64,000 bases of DNA from Promethearchaeota archaeon (GTDB lineage Archaea > Asgardarchaeota > Lokiarchaeia > Sigyniarchaeales > SOKP01). Under the pieces are notes generated by a model. That model worked only from the letters and a program-made list of their open reading frames with translations. It did not search any database and was not told the DNA's origin. Made by a program: the position numbers and the translations under genes. The stretch covers positions 32,001-96,000 of the forward strand of contig JAHPZE010000005.1 in the NCBI GenBank assembly GCA_019058365.1, written 5' to 3'. Shown one piece after another: positions 1-10,292 of this stretch. How positions within the stretch are numbered: position 1 is the first letter of the stretch; every line of letters starts with the position of its first letter.

Positions 1-1088
1 TAATCTGCAACTACTGGAAAAGTATCGAATCCTCCAATACTGCTAAGGGCATTAAATACTGCGATATTTCCCTCATAACTCGCCACATGCGCTAACAATA
101 CTCCTCCAGTAACATCCCCTATAGCATAAATTCCATTCTCATTAGTTTCTAAGGTATTTGGGTTCACAACTATTTTTCCTTGATTAACTTCAATTTTAGT
201 ATTTTCTAGCCCTAATCCTTCTATACATGGTTTTCGTCCTACTGACACAAGACAGAGATCCGCTTCATGAAAAGATTTCTCAGCAGAATCAATTTGGTCT
301 TTAGGAACTTTTGAATCACAAGTTGTTGCGATAATTTTTGAATTAACCATTTCTATTTTTAGAATATTACAATTTTCATGGATCTCAATACCCATGACAT
401 TGAATTTCTTTTTTAATTCCCGAACGACCAATTGTTCTTCAATAGCGATTATTGAGGGTAAATACTCCAAAATTTTTACTTTGGACCCAAATCTATTGAA
501 AATGTTTGCGAATTCACAACCAATCACCCCACCACCTACAATCAATATAGTTTCCGGGATATTGTTGAAATCTTTAGCTAAGACATCATCACTTGTAAGT
601 ATAAATTTATGGTCAATATTAAAGGAGGGGATTAAAGTTGGTTTTGCTCCAGTTGCTATTATTAAACGTTTTCCTTTTATCTGTTTTGTATTCTTACCTT
701 CAATATTAATTGTTATTCCATAATCCAAGGATGCTTCAAGAATTCTAGCGGTTCCATAATATAAATCAATTTTTTTTTGTTTAATTAAAGTCTCAATGCC
801 ACTTATTAATTCATTCACAATTAAGTTCTTACGATTTACGGCATTCTTAAAGTTAGGTTTAACTTCTCCAATTATATCCACTCCAAAGTCCCTAGCATCC
901 TTTTTAATTTTTTCAATTAATTTTGCTGAGCTAAAGAGTGCTTTTGTTGGGATACATCCACGATTTAAGCAAGTTCCCCCAACATTATCCTTTTCAATAA
1001 GAGCAACTTTTGCGTCATATTGCGCAGCCCTAATAGCTGCATGATAACCTCCTGGTCCCGCACCAATTAATATAATATCATAGTCCAT
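1..1088 (-). CDS. lpdA: Dihydrolipoamide dehydrogenase (E3), 3' end runs off the window
   Basis: Manual translation of the minus strand gives MDYDIILIGAGPGGYHAAIRAAQ..., the redox-active GGTCLNRGCIPTK motif and GIYAIGDV...LAHVA; not in the ORF track because it is truncated. Confidence 0.93.
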   Translation of the reverse strand, partial: MDYDIILIGAGPGGYHAAIRAAQYDAKVALIEKDNVGGTCLNRGCIPTKALFSSAKLIEKIKKDARDFGVDIIGEVKPNFKNAVNRKNLIVNELISGIETLIKQKKIDLYYGTARILEASLDYGITINIEGKNTKQIKGKRLIIATGAKPTLIPSFNIDHKFILTSDDVLAKDFNNIPETILIVGGGVIGCEFANIFNRFGSKVKILEYLPSIIAIEEQLVVRELKKKFNVMGIEIHENCNILKIEMVNSKIIATTCDSKVPKDQIDSAEKSFHEADLCLVSVGRKPCIEGLGLENTKIEVNQGKIVVNPNTLETNENGIYAIGDVTGGVLLAHVASYEGNIAVFNALSSIGGFDTFPVVAD

Positions 1089-1312
1089 TTCAAATTTCAC
1101 CTAAATTTTTTAAAGAATTAATTAATATTATATTTTATTTCCATAAAAAAAGAATATTGCTTTTTATTACTTCCGTAATACCATTAATCTTTATATAATA
1201 AGGAAGTTTGAGTTTAAATTATTTCTTTTATTAAGATCTATAACATTATAAACAAGCCATTTCTGCTAATCTCTATCTTTTTAAAGTTTCTTATAAAAAA
1301 GAATTAAGAATT

Positions 1313-1744
1313 TTAAAATGGGAAGATATTTGGAAAGATGTTAAATGCTAGTCCTAGCAAGGAAGCTATAAGCATTAAAATTAATGCGGTGATAAGTACT
1401 CCGACGATAATAGCTATTAGAGCAACAAGTAAAGCATTTAAAAAACCTGTATTATGTCTAGCATTAATAATTAAAACTCCAATTAAAAAACCAATAATAA
1501 GTACTATCCATGGCGCAAGAATAATGGATAAAAACGCAATTAAGAAATCCACAATGACTACAATCAGAAGAGCTGTTCCAAAAACATCAATAAATTCCAC
1601 ATTTTCAGCATTTTTAACGAAATTTAAACCCACACCTAAAAATACAGCAATAAATATTAGGCTTATAATAAATAGAATTATCCAAAATAATATTAACTCT
1701 ACTACTAATAATGTTGTTCCCAATGGAGATAATTGAAAGATCAA
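1313..1744 (-). CDS. Hypothetical multi-pass membrane protein
   Basis: 143 aa, about 4 hydrophobic segments, TTG start. Confidence 0.7.
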   Translation of the reverse strand: MIFQLSPLGTTLLVVELILFWIILFIISLIFIAVFLGVGLNFVKNAENVEFIDVFGTALLIVVIVDFLIAFLSIILAPWIVLIIGFLIGVLIINARHNTGFLNALLVALIAIIVGVLITALILMLIASLLGLAFNIFPNIFPF

Positions 1745-2164
1745 TCTTCTAACCTAAATTAAGATTTTTTTATATGAATTAAGTATAATTTTAATTAAAG
1801 TCATCTTTTTATTAAAGCTTTTACTGTAATGTAAAAAGGTTTTTGCTTACAGTATATTTACTTTTAGATAAGCTTAATTTCAATACGTAACTTCTATACT
1901 TGAAAGAGAAAGCTAGTTTAATAATTTATTAAGGAATTACAATCGAAAATTCTTCATTTTTCTCCTTTTTTAAATTTTTAAGTAAAAAAATTAGTATTTG
2001 TATTCTTAAAAGGAAAATATTTAAAAGTAAAATATTGAATTTTAATCTAAATGTATTTTTGTTAAAAAAAATAATTAAGACCTAAAAAATTATATGAGAT
2101 AAGATTTTTTCCATTATAAAAAAAATAAATATCTAATTGAATTAATTTTGAAATGTGAAATCTG

Positions 2165-2878
2165 ATGGATAAAAAAAAAGTACTCTTCATTTCTGGATTT
2201 GTAAATATTATCATACTAATAGCTATTTTAATTAATATTATTATAGTTTTCCCTTTAACAGCAGAAAACGCATGGATTTATGGACTATATATAATGATAG
2301 CTGGATTCATTACTTATTTAACGGGATTATTTCTTGTTGATGGCTATCGTTTAGAAACAATAGGGGCTATTATAGTAATTATAGGTGAAATATTTATAAT
2401 TACATATTTTGCTATAGCTTTAAAAACAGTTTGGGTAAGTATATTTATTATCTTTCCTGTAATTACTTTTTCAGTTTTAATAATTATTGCGTACTATTAT
2501 AGCAAGGAAATCTTACCCAATAAAAATGCATATAATATTTCAGTGATGTTAATATCGGGCTCTTTCTTCTTTCTAATGATTGAAGCTGCTTTTAGAATTC
2601 CCAATTTTTTTCAAAAAGCAAATGTCCCAATATGGGCATACATTATGATTGTAGGAGGATTCTTAATTTATGTCTTTACAACATGGAAAATTTTAGAAGA
2701 ACCTAGTTACATCATGGCTTTAACAGGAGCATTTATAATCAATATTGGCGTACTCATGATTGAGCTTCACTACCGCTTCCATGAAATTACAGGAATCTTT
2801 ATGTTAATATTTCTACCCCCCGCAGCCGTTTTCCTTCTATTAATCTATGTTAATTATAAAATATCTCCATATGATTAA
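2165..2878 (+). CDS. Hypothetical membrane protein (about 8 TM, apparent two-fold internal repeat)
   Basis: 237 aa, hydrophobic; WIYGLYIMIAGFITY resembles WAYIMIVGGFLIY, and GAIIVIIG resembles GAFIINIG. Confidence 0.75.
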   Translation: MDKKKVLFISGFVNIIILIAILINIIIVFPLTAENAWIYGLYIMIAGFITYLTGLFLVDGYRLETIGAIIVIIGEIFIITYFAIALKTVWVSIFIIFPVITFSVLIIIAYYYSKEILPNKNAYNISVMLISGSFFFLMIEAAFRIPNFFQKANVPIWAYIMIVGGFLIYVFTTWKILEEPSYIMALTGAFIINIGVLMIELHYRFHEITGIFMLIFLPPAAVFLLLIYVNYKISPYD

Positions 2879-2913
2879 TTTAATTTAAATGTTTTTTAAT
2901 CTCTTCTATTTAA

Positions 2914-4005
2914 TTATTTTTTTGAGTACATTTTAAGATATTCATAAGTTTTTGAGAGATTAGTATTCGATAATTTTAAAAATAAAGCAATTAAATGGCT
3001 ACAAAAATTTAAGCGATGATAAACCCAATGGCAATTACTATGCTTAATCTGATTATTTTCTATAATTATCTCTAGGTTTTCTTCCTCTCCTTGGTTAGAT
3101 ACTCTTAACCTTGCATAACAATTAAGTGGTGGACCCCAACCAACCTTAATTATATCTACTGAAATTTTTTTAGCTTCTAAAAATCTAGAATTCTTTTTAA
3201 AATTAAAAAGCATTTTACTAAATTCTTCGATATCTGACTGATCTTTTATTAAAGCAATTAATTTTTTTTTCACTGGTTTTACTTTCTCGTCTTCTGAAAT
3301 CTTGATTTTTGATTCTGAAATAAAGTTTAAAATCTCTTTAACTGTAAGATCTTCTAAATCTTCAAAGTTAAATTCAGTCTTGCCCATTAAATTTGTTTTT
3401 AAAAATTCTTCTACTGAATAAGTTCCAAGTTTTTTCTGCTTTGAGATGTCTTTATAGAAGGATTTAAAATCCAGATTATTTACCAATTCGTTAAATATTT
3501 CTGGGAGATTACATTTATCCCAACGAGAAGCATTTATATTAAATTTGCGGAACCCCCATATCATACCTATCCAAAAATGGCTACAGAATCCTCCATCTTT
3601 AGCGTATTCACAAGTACAATTAAACTTGAATCTTAAAGGTTCAATCTTTTTCTCTAAATTTAAAAATTCAATATTTGTATATATTTCCCACCTAAAACCT
3701 TTAAAGTATAACATTATATTATTATTTTTCTCATCAAACTGTAAAGATTCGAGCTTTGTTGGATTTTCTTTTTTAAAATATTTTGGTACTAGTGAAATAA
3801 TTGAATTTAACGATTTTTGCTCCAAATCCTTTAAAAAAGAATGAAATGCATTATTAGGAATTGATTTTAATATAAGGTTTATTATATCATCTTTACTTAA
3901 ATTTGAAAAACCTTTAATTCTATTTTGTTTACATATATCTTTTAAATCTTGAATTGTAAAAGCTAACAAATAGATTTTTGCTTGTTCTAATTTATCTAAA
4001 TGCAC
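2914..4005 (-). CDS. SWIM zinc-finger protein with HeH/Rho-N-like helical motifs
   Basis: CTC-x8-CSH SWIM motif, second variant HSNC-x9-CSH; N-terminal TIQDLKDICKQNRIKGFSNLSKDDIINLI. Confidence 0.75.
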   Translation of the reverse strand: MHLDKLEQAKIYLLAFTIQDLKDICKQNRIKGFSNLSKDDIINLILKSIPNNAFHSFLKDLEQKSLNSIISLVPKYFKKENPTKLESLQFDEKNNNIMLYFKGFRWEIYTNIEFLNLEKKIEPLRFKFNCTCEYAKDGGFCSHFWIGMIWGFRKFNINASRWDKCNLPEIFNELVNNLDFKSFYKDISKQKKLGTYSVEEFLKTNLMGKTEFNFEDLEDLTVKEILNFISESKIKISEDEKVKPVKKKLIALIKDQSDIEEFSKMLFNFKKNSRFLEAKKISVDIIKVGWGPPLNCYARLRVSNQGEEENLEIIIENNQIKHSNCHWVYHRLNFCSHLIALFLKLSNTNLSKTYEYLKMYSKK

Positions 4006-4062
4006 ATTATATCCCCAAAAATTTTAATTTTATTGAATTTTAAGACTCTGATTCTAATAATT

Positions 4063-4632
4063 TCAGGTAAACTTAAACTCTAAATGAATTAAATTTGAGG
4101 TTTTTTCTTCCTCTATAGTTATAAATTTTAATTGAAAATATTCGGATAACAGATTTTTATATAACAATGAAAAGTAGTTTGAAAAGAATATATCTAGATC
4201 ATGCAAACCCCTAAAGATAAAGATATTGTCTCGAATCTGAACATCGATAGTATTAAACCATTTTAATCCATTTTTTCCATATAAATTAACTGAAAAGGCA
4301 GCATAAGTCTTCAATGAATCGTTATTCATAGGTTTAGCGACTAAGAATTTCATTAGGTCAGAATATAGGGAAGAAGCTTCATTAGCTATAATGTTTAAGT
4401 TTTCACTATTTATTTTAGATAAAAGTTTAGAGAATGCGATTTTAGAGATCATAATCAAGTTGTTATTTTGATTAAATAATTCCAGGTTAAGCCATTGTTC
4501 AATAGCATTTTTCGCAACTAATCCACGAGTTTTATTGGTTTGTTTTGCAATAATATCTAATTTATTGAGTACTTCTTCTGAAAGTCTAAAGCCAAGAAAA
4601 TTATCTTTTTTCTTTATTGGTTTTTTTGCCAT
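4063..4632 (-). CDS. Ribbon-helix-helix (CopG-like) DNA-binding protein with C-terminal domain
   Basis: FLGFRLSEEVLNKLDIIAKQTNKTRGLVAKNAIEQWL fits the RHH pattern. Confidence 0.7.
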   Translation of the reverse strand: MAKKPIKKKDNFLGFRLSEEVLNKLDIIAKQTNKTRGLVAKNAIEQWLNLELFNQNNNLIMISKIAFSKLLSKINSENLNIIANEASSLYSDLMKFLVAKPMNNDSLKTYAAFSVNLYGKNGLKWFNTIDVQIRDNIFIFRGLHDLDIFFSNYFSLLYKNLLSEYFQLKFITIEEEKTSNLIHLEFKFT

Positions 4633-4809
4633 TTTCTCTTTTTATTCTTTATTAATATCTTCTTTAAAACTTGTATATATACATATTAAATGTTTTTATA
4701 TGCATATAAAGTTGTCTATTGCTTTTTTTGTTTTCGAATGATAACATTTAAATATTATGTTATCATTATAATAAATTATCTATAGTAACTAAAAAAATTA
4801 GGAGGAAAA

Positions 4810-4992
4810 TTGCTTAAAATGAGAGGAGACCCCAAAAAAAAGAAGAAGAAATATGATTATGAATATGATGATTATCATGATAAAAATGAGGGAGATAACG
4901 AAGTTATTGATTCTGATGAGGAAGATGATTGGGATTATGAAGATGACGACGAGGAAGAAAAGATAGAGAATTTCGATGAAATTTATAGTTAG
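4810..4992 (+). CDS. Small protein with a basic patch and a highly acidic tail
   Basis: GGAGG at 4801-4805 precedes the TTG at 4810 (alternative ATG at 4819); PKKKKKK followed by a D/E-rich tail. Confidence 0.55.
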   Translation: MLKMRGDPKKKKKKYDYEYDDYHDKNEGDNEVIDSDEEDDWDYEDDDEEEKIENFDEIYS

Positions 4993-5076
4993 TTTGAATA
5001 GATTATACAATAAGTAAAATTATGATTAAAAAAGATTTCAAATTCATGATTAAAAATACAAAATAAAAAAAAATAG

Positions 5077-5742
5077 GTGGTTTATACGGAAGAAATTAAA
5101 AGTATTGAAAAAATAGCCGAAGAAAATTCTAATATAGCGAAAAGTGAAAAAGATTCTGCTAGTGAAATGAAAGCTTTAGCTAAACAACTTGTAAAAAGAG
5201 CTAAAGCTAGAGAAATGCTTGTTAAAAATGAAATTGAACTAGCGAAAATACGAGAGAGATTAGCCGAGAAGAGTAAGAAATTAGTTGAAAAAAAAGAAAT
5301 AGTAAAAGATCTTTTGAAATTAGGCAATGACATTTTAAAAGCGGAGAAAAGTCAAGCGATTTACAATGAAAAAGTTGCTGAAATTCAAACAAAGATAGCT
5401 GAAGTTCAGGCAAAGATTGCGAATGTAGAAACTGAAATTGCTGAAGTAAATATAACACTTTCTAATAAAAAGTTTAATGAAGCTAAAGAAAGAGGCAATT
5501 TAGGAAAAAAACAATTAGATTATGTAAAACTAGTAAATATTAATGCTCCTGGTGAGAAGGTTTCTAAAGCAAAAGAAGATTATCTTAAAATACAGAAAAA
5601 TTTAACTAAGTTTGAAATTGATACAATGGTAATAAATAAAAATATAGCTGCAAAACAGAATAAATTAGCTGATTTGAAGAAAGAACTCTCAGAAAAATTA
5701 TCTGAAAGAGAAAAAGTTAGACCTGCTGAAAGTAGTTCCTAA
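5077..5742 (+). CDS. All-helical coiled-coil protein (paralog of 8455..9105)
   Basis: K/E/A/L-rich; shares AKARExLVKNEIELAKxRERLAEK and LADLKKxLSEKLxEREKxRP with its paralog. Confidence 0.85.
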   Translation: MVYTEEIKSIEKIAEENSNIAKSEKDSASEMKALAKQLVKRAKAREMLVKNEIELAKIRERLAEKSKKLVEKKEIVKDLLKLGNDILKAEKSQAIYNEKVAEIQTKIAEVQAKIANVETEIAEVNITLSNKKFNEAKERGNLGKKQLDYVKLVNINAPGEKVSKAKEDYLKIQKNLTKFEIDTMVINKNIAAKQNKLADLKKELSEKLSEREKVRPAESSS

Positions 5743-5870
5743 AAATTTATTTACAATAAAGAATAAAAATCAAATAATTAATTTTTTTTATTAATAAATA
5801 ATATTCTATGAAAGTTTAAATTTTAAAAAATGTTTTTGGATTGACTGAAAGAAAGTAGAAAAGCGATTTT

Positions 5871-6065
5871 ATGATTTTAAATCAATTAATATTTTTAATC
5901 TTTCTTTCATTTGGGCTTTTAATAATAACTTTAATATTAATGATAAAAGTATTTATTGATCAATTGAAAAAAACAGATGAAGACCTTATCCTTCTTATTC
6001 TAATAGGTATTGTGATAAGTTTTTTAATATCTGTAATTTTAGGAATGATCCAAGATATACTATAG
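5871..6065 (+). CDS. Small two-TM hypothetical protein
   Basis: 64 aa, two hydrophobic helices with a charged loop. Confidence 0.5.
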   Translation: MILNQLIFLIFLSFGLLIITLILMIKVFIDQLKKTDEDLILLILIGIVISFLISVILGMIQDIL

Positions 6066-6083
6066 TCAACTTTTTCAATTAGG

Positions 6084-6722
6084 TTAGTCTTGTTTATGTG
6101 TTTTTTCTATTTTTCCTTTTAACTGTTCAATTTCAATTTGTTTTTTTTCTATATCACGGTTTAAATTTACACATTCAAGATTTAGATCATTTAAATCTTT
6201 AGTTATTTTTTTTTTATCACTTTCGATTCTTCCTTCTTCAATGTTATTTAATTCTTTATCTAATTTTTCAATAGTTTGTTTTTTTTCATTGAATACTTCT
6301 TTTAAATACTTAATTTCTTCTTCCTTTGCTATTATCTCTTGTATTATGAGTTCACTTTCATCCATATCAATTAATTCTTCAATTCTAGAAATATACCTTT
6401 TTATTGCAGTTAATTTTAGTTCTTTTTCTTCTTCTTTCTTGAAAAAAAGAGCAATATTACTATCCTCACCTAGTTTCAAAATAATAATAGACATATCATC
6501 AGTTTCAAAAATAATTTTTTTATAATTTTCAAAATTATAATTACAAATTTCATAAAGTTTTTTTGTATGATTTAATATTTCTGCTAAATTTTCGCCTAAT
6601 TTTGGTATATTAATCTCTTGTTCAAACGTAGTTTGAAAAATTGTGCCATTGTTATAGAACATAGCAACGTGTTTCACTTCTGGTAAAGCCGATTTAATTC
6701 TTAGAATATTTTTAAATACCAT
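6084..6722 (-). CDS. Roadblock/LC7-like domain fused to a C-terminal coiled coil
   Basis: N-terminal ~110 aa with the HVAMFYNNGTIFQT ... IIFETDDMSIIILKLGEDSNIALFF strand pattern; heptad-rich C-terminus. Confidence 0.65.
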   Translation of the reverse strand: MVFKNILRIKSALPEVKHVAMFYNNGTIFQTTFEQEINIPKLGENLAEILNHTKKLYEICNYNFENYKKIIFETDDMSIIILKLGEDSNIALFFKKEEEKELKLTAIKRYISRIEELIDMDESELIIQEIIAKEEEIKYLKEVFNEKKQTIEKLDKELNNIEEGRIESDKKKITKDLNDLNLECVNLNRDIEKKQIEIEQLKGKIEKTHKQD

Positions 6723-6811
6723 TTCATTATCATACTATTATAATTTTTACTTAGCTTAAAATGAATTGCATATTTTTTAAAATACTTTATTCTAATTTTA
6801 AGCTTAAACCT

Positions 6812-8272
6812 TTACTTTATTATTAATTTTCTAATTTTAGTTATAAAGTTCTGTATTTTAGAGGTTTTACCTTTTTTTGATTTTGTTCTTAGTAGCATAG
6901 ATAAACTAAATATAATGAAGAATATGATTAAAAGAATCATCATTCCAATTAAAAATTGGTAAATGATTACAAAATAGAGAGAAACAATTAATAATTGGTA
7001 GTTTGTTGTAAAAAATCCTAACTTAAAAAATTGTTTCATACTAATTGGTCGTTTATTCTTTTCAGCAATATTAGCAACAAGGATATTATCACCCATAGGA
7101 GTCAAATTGTCACCCCAATTAGCTCCTAATGCTAAACTAAAGAATGGTTGATTTACATTTTCAATTGATGGGATTAGAGGCATTCTTCCAATTACAGGAA
7201 TTAATATTTTGGTAATAGGAATATTATCTATATTGCTACTTAGATATGCAGAGAACCACATAATTATTAGAATCTGATTTAACGGACTTCTTCCAGCGAT
7301 ATATGAAATTCCTTCACCAATTGAATATAAAAGTCCAGTATATTCAAGAGCACCAGAGATAATGAAAATTCCTATAAGATAGAGAATGAGTTCAAAATCG
7401 ATTTTTGTTATTATATCTTTAGGATTTAGTTTACTTGTAATTATTAATATTAATGCCACCGTTAAAGCTAAGATATCAATTGATATAATGGTGGGAGGAA
7501 TTATAATAAAAAGTAAAAATGTAACAAAGAGTGCAATAGCAGATTTATATAGAAGCATTTTATTTTGAACAAAATTCCAGGTATTTATTTCTTTTAAAAT
7601 CTGAAATCCTCCTGTGGGTATTTCCAAGTCTTTTTTATATAAAAAAATAAAGAATATTAAAGTCAAGGGGAACATTAGTAATGAAATTATACCTACATTT
7701 ATAAAAAAATCAATGAATGAGATATTTGCATAACTCGTTATTAAAATGTTAGGAATTGAAGATATTGAAAAAACTGTTCCACCTATGTTTACTAAAATTG
7801 CTTGCGTTAATATATATGGAGAAGGATTTATATTTAATATTCGTGATACGGTTATAATAAGGGGAATTAATATAATGACTGTTAAGATATTATTTAAAAT
7901 AGAAGATAGAATTACTGTTATAATTGAAAATATTATTAGTAAATAAATCGGTTTTTCTCCTGTTAATTTGATCAAACTTATGGCAATAAATTGAAATAAT
8001 CCGGCCTCATTGGCAATTTGCACTATAATCATCATACTTAAAATTAATATTAAAGAATGTAAATTAACAAAACCCTCTGCTTGAGTCCCAAATAAAAATT
8101 CTACTATTTTAGAAAAGGGTTCTCCCTCAATGAAAAATAATGTAAAAAACGCAATTAATGCTCCTACAAGCGCAGCAATTGCTCTATTTAATTTATTAGT
8201 TAAAATTAAAATAACCACTGCTATAAAGCAACTCAAAATAATAATACTACTAATTATTTCCAATTCAAACAC
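6812..8272 (-). CDS. ArsB/NhaD (ion transporter superfamily) permease
   Basis: LSSILNNILT, NIGG...SIPNILI, SSNIDNIP and ALGANWGDNLTPMGD motifs; 12+ TM. Confidence 0.85.
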   Translation of the reverse strand: MFELEIISSIIILSCFIAVVILILTNKLNRAIAALVGALIAFFTLFFIEGEPFSKIVEFLFGTQAEGFVNLHSLILILSMMIIVQIANEAGLFQFIAISLIKLTGEKPIYLLIIFSIITVILSSILNNILTVIILIPLIITVSRILNINPSPYILTQAILVNIGGTVFSISSIPNILITSYANISFIDFFINVGIISLLMFPLTLIFFIFLYKKDLEIPTGGFQILKEINTWNFVQNKMLLYKSAIALFVTFLLFIIIPPTIISIDILALTVALILIITSKLNPKDIITKIDFELILYLIGIFIISGALEYTGLLYSIGEGISYIAGRSPLNQILIIMWFSAYLSSNIDNIPITKILIPVIGRMPLIPSIENVNQPFFSLALGANWGDNLTPMGDNILVANIAEKNKRPISMKQFFKLGFFTTNYQLLIVSLYFVIIYQFLIGMMILLIIFFIIFSLSMLLRTKSKKGKTSKIQNFITKIRKLIIK

Positions 8273-8454
8273 TTAATTTGATTTGATTTATTCATTTTTG
8301 AAGATTAAAATACTTAATAAATTTATTGCTTTTTTAATTCTAAATCTATTAATTTAAAATCTATGTGTCTTAGGTATTGAACTCATATACAATAAAACCT
8401 ATAGCAATTTTTATAAAAAAAAATTATTTCAGCATATTTATACATTGTAGGAGA

Positions 8455-9105
8455 TTAGAGAGCTGGGGGCCTGATTTTTTCACGCTCAGCTAATTTTTCT
8501 GAAAGTGCTTTTTTTAAATCAGCTAAATTGTCTTCTTTTTTTCTAATTACTGCACTTTTTTCAGAAACTTCTTTCATCGCTTTAGTTAAATGTAGTTGTT
8601 GATCTAGATAATCTTTTTCTGCTTTTGTTATTTTTTCGCTTAAAGCTGAAGTTTTCACAAGTTTAATATACTTTAATTGTTTATTTGCTAAAGCTTCACG
8701 TTCTTTAGCAACTTTCAACTTTTCATTTATAATTTTCATTTCATCTTCAGCAATGTCTATTTCTATATGCGCTATTTTTCTTTGCACCTCAGCAACGTTT
8801 TTTTGGGCTCCAGCAATCTTTTCGCTATAAATAACATATTTTTCTTCAATCTCTAAATCAATATCAGAGAATTTCAGAATATCTTTAACATTCTCTTTGT
8901 TTCTAATCAATTTAATATTTTTTTCAGCTAATCGTTCTCGCATTTTTGCTAATTCAATTTCATTCTTAACAAGCGTTTCTCGTGCTTTAGCTCGTTTTTG
9001 CTCTAGTTTGATGGTCAATTTGAAATCTTTGGTTAAAGTTTTTTCATTTTTAGCAATATCTAAATTTTTATTTGCTGTTATTTCTAAATTTTCAATACTT
9101 TCCAA
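8455..9105 (-). CDS. All-helical coiled-coil protein (paralog of 5077..5742)
   Basis: Colinear similarity to 5077..5742 over the full length. Confidence 0.85.
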   Translation of the reverse strand: MESIENLEITANKNLDIAKNEKTLTKDFKLTIKLEQKRAKARETLVKNEIELAKMRERLAEKNIKLIRNKENVKDILKFSDIDLEIEEKYVIYSEKIAGAQKNVAEVQRKIAHIEIDIAEDEMKIINEKLKVAKEREALANKQLKYIKLVKTSALSEKITKAEKDYLDQQLHLTKAMKEVSEKSAVIRKKEDNLADLKKALSEKLAEREKIRPPAL

Positions 9106-9309
9106 ATGATAACACCATTTTATTTTAAAATTAGACTTTTTTGGATATGTAATGATTAAGGATGCAAATTAATATAAATTTTTATCTTTGAAAGATTCTT
9201 TTATTAGTGGAATCAAAAAGAAGGCTATTATAGTTCAAAAATTAAATAATATATATGAGTTTCTCTCAAATCATATAAAAAGATACACTAATAATTTTAT
9301 CTTTATATT

Positions 9310-10125
9310 TTAGGATCTTGAAATGTAATATCTAAATTTTCCACTATCATCGTCAATTTGCCATGCTTCAAAAAAATCAAAAGCTTTCTTAGTATGCCAT
9401 AGATTCTCTATATTTTCAATACCATTGTAAAGATCTGTTAAAAGAGTTTTATCACATGGATATTTTCTATGTGAAGGATATAATTCAAGATCTTTTTGCT
9501 TTTCACATAAATCTATCAATTTAGAAAGAGTTTCAAGAACTTCTGAAAAACTTTCTCTTTTAGGTAGGAACTGATCTCCGTAATAAGCAACATCACTTGT
9601 AAAAAGTTCGCTTGTAGATGTCAACAAACATATAGAGCCAGGAGAATGTCCAGGACAGTGAATAACTTTTACCTCTATTTCTCCTAAATCAAATACATCT
9701 CCATCTTTTAAAGGCTTAATTACTTTTGCTGGAGGGATTAAAAAATTTTGGTCTTCATATACCTTTACAATTTCATTAGGAGAATCTTTAAAGAATGAAA
9801 CATCATAGGGTTTCGAGACTTTATCAACCTCATTTTCATGAATGTAGACCTCTTCAAATTCCACATTACCTAAAGGATGATCCCAATGATAATGAGTATT
9901 GAAAACTAAAAGACTTCTTTCACCTATCAAACCATCTACTATTGGTTTAAGTGGATAGAGTCCACAGCCCGTATCAAGTAAAAGAGCAGTATGAGTTCCT
10001 AAAAGTAAATACATATTGAGAGGATCATTTGTATAAACCGGATGAACCAAGGATATATTTTCATTTATAACAAATAAATAATCCTTACGTTTTGAAATTT
10101 CAAAATGTTGGTTATTGCTACTCAT
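9310..10125 (-). CDS. MBL-fold metallo-hydrolase
   Basis: LLDTG, THYHWDH, PGHSPGS, FTSD and YPSH motifs. Confidence 0.9.
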   Translation of the reverse strand: MSSNNQHFEISKRKDYLFVINENISLVHPVYTNDPLNMYLLLGTHTALLLDTGCGLYPLKPIVDGLIGERSLLVFNTHYHWDHPLGNVEFEEVYIHENEVDKVSKPYDVSFFKDSPNEIVKVYEDQNFLIPPAKVIKPLKDGDVFDLGEIEVKVIHCPGHSPGSICLLTSTSELFTSDVAYYGDQFLPKRESFSEVLETLSKLIDLCEKQKDLELYPSHRKYPCDKTLLTDLYNGIENIENLWHTKKAFDFFEAWQIDDDSGKFRYYISRS

Positions 10126-10292
10126 ATTTTAATTAATGTTTATATTGGATTTAATATTAATTGCCAAATTACCTTTTGAAAAGATTGACATAATTGGAAA
10201 AACACTAAAAAACTATATTAAGTATTTCATTGAACATTGATTATACAAAAAAATAAAGAAGTTCTAAAAAAAAAAAACATAAGTGACTAATT

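Noticed and set aside
394-1044. Plus-strand ORFs 394..723 and 796..1044, and similar short antisense ORFs throughout the window
   Set aside because: They are shadows of well-supported genes on the opposite strand
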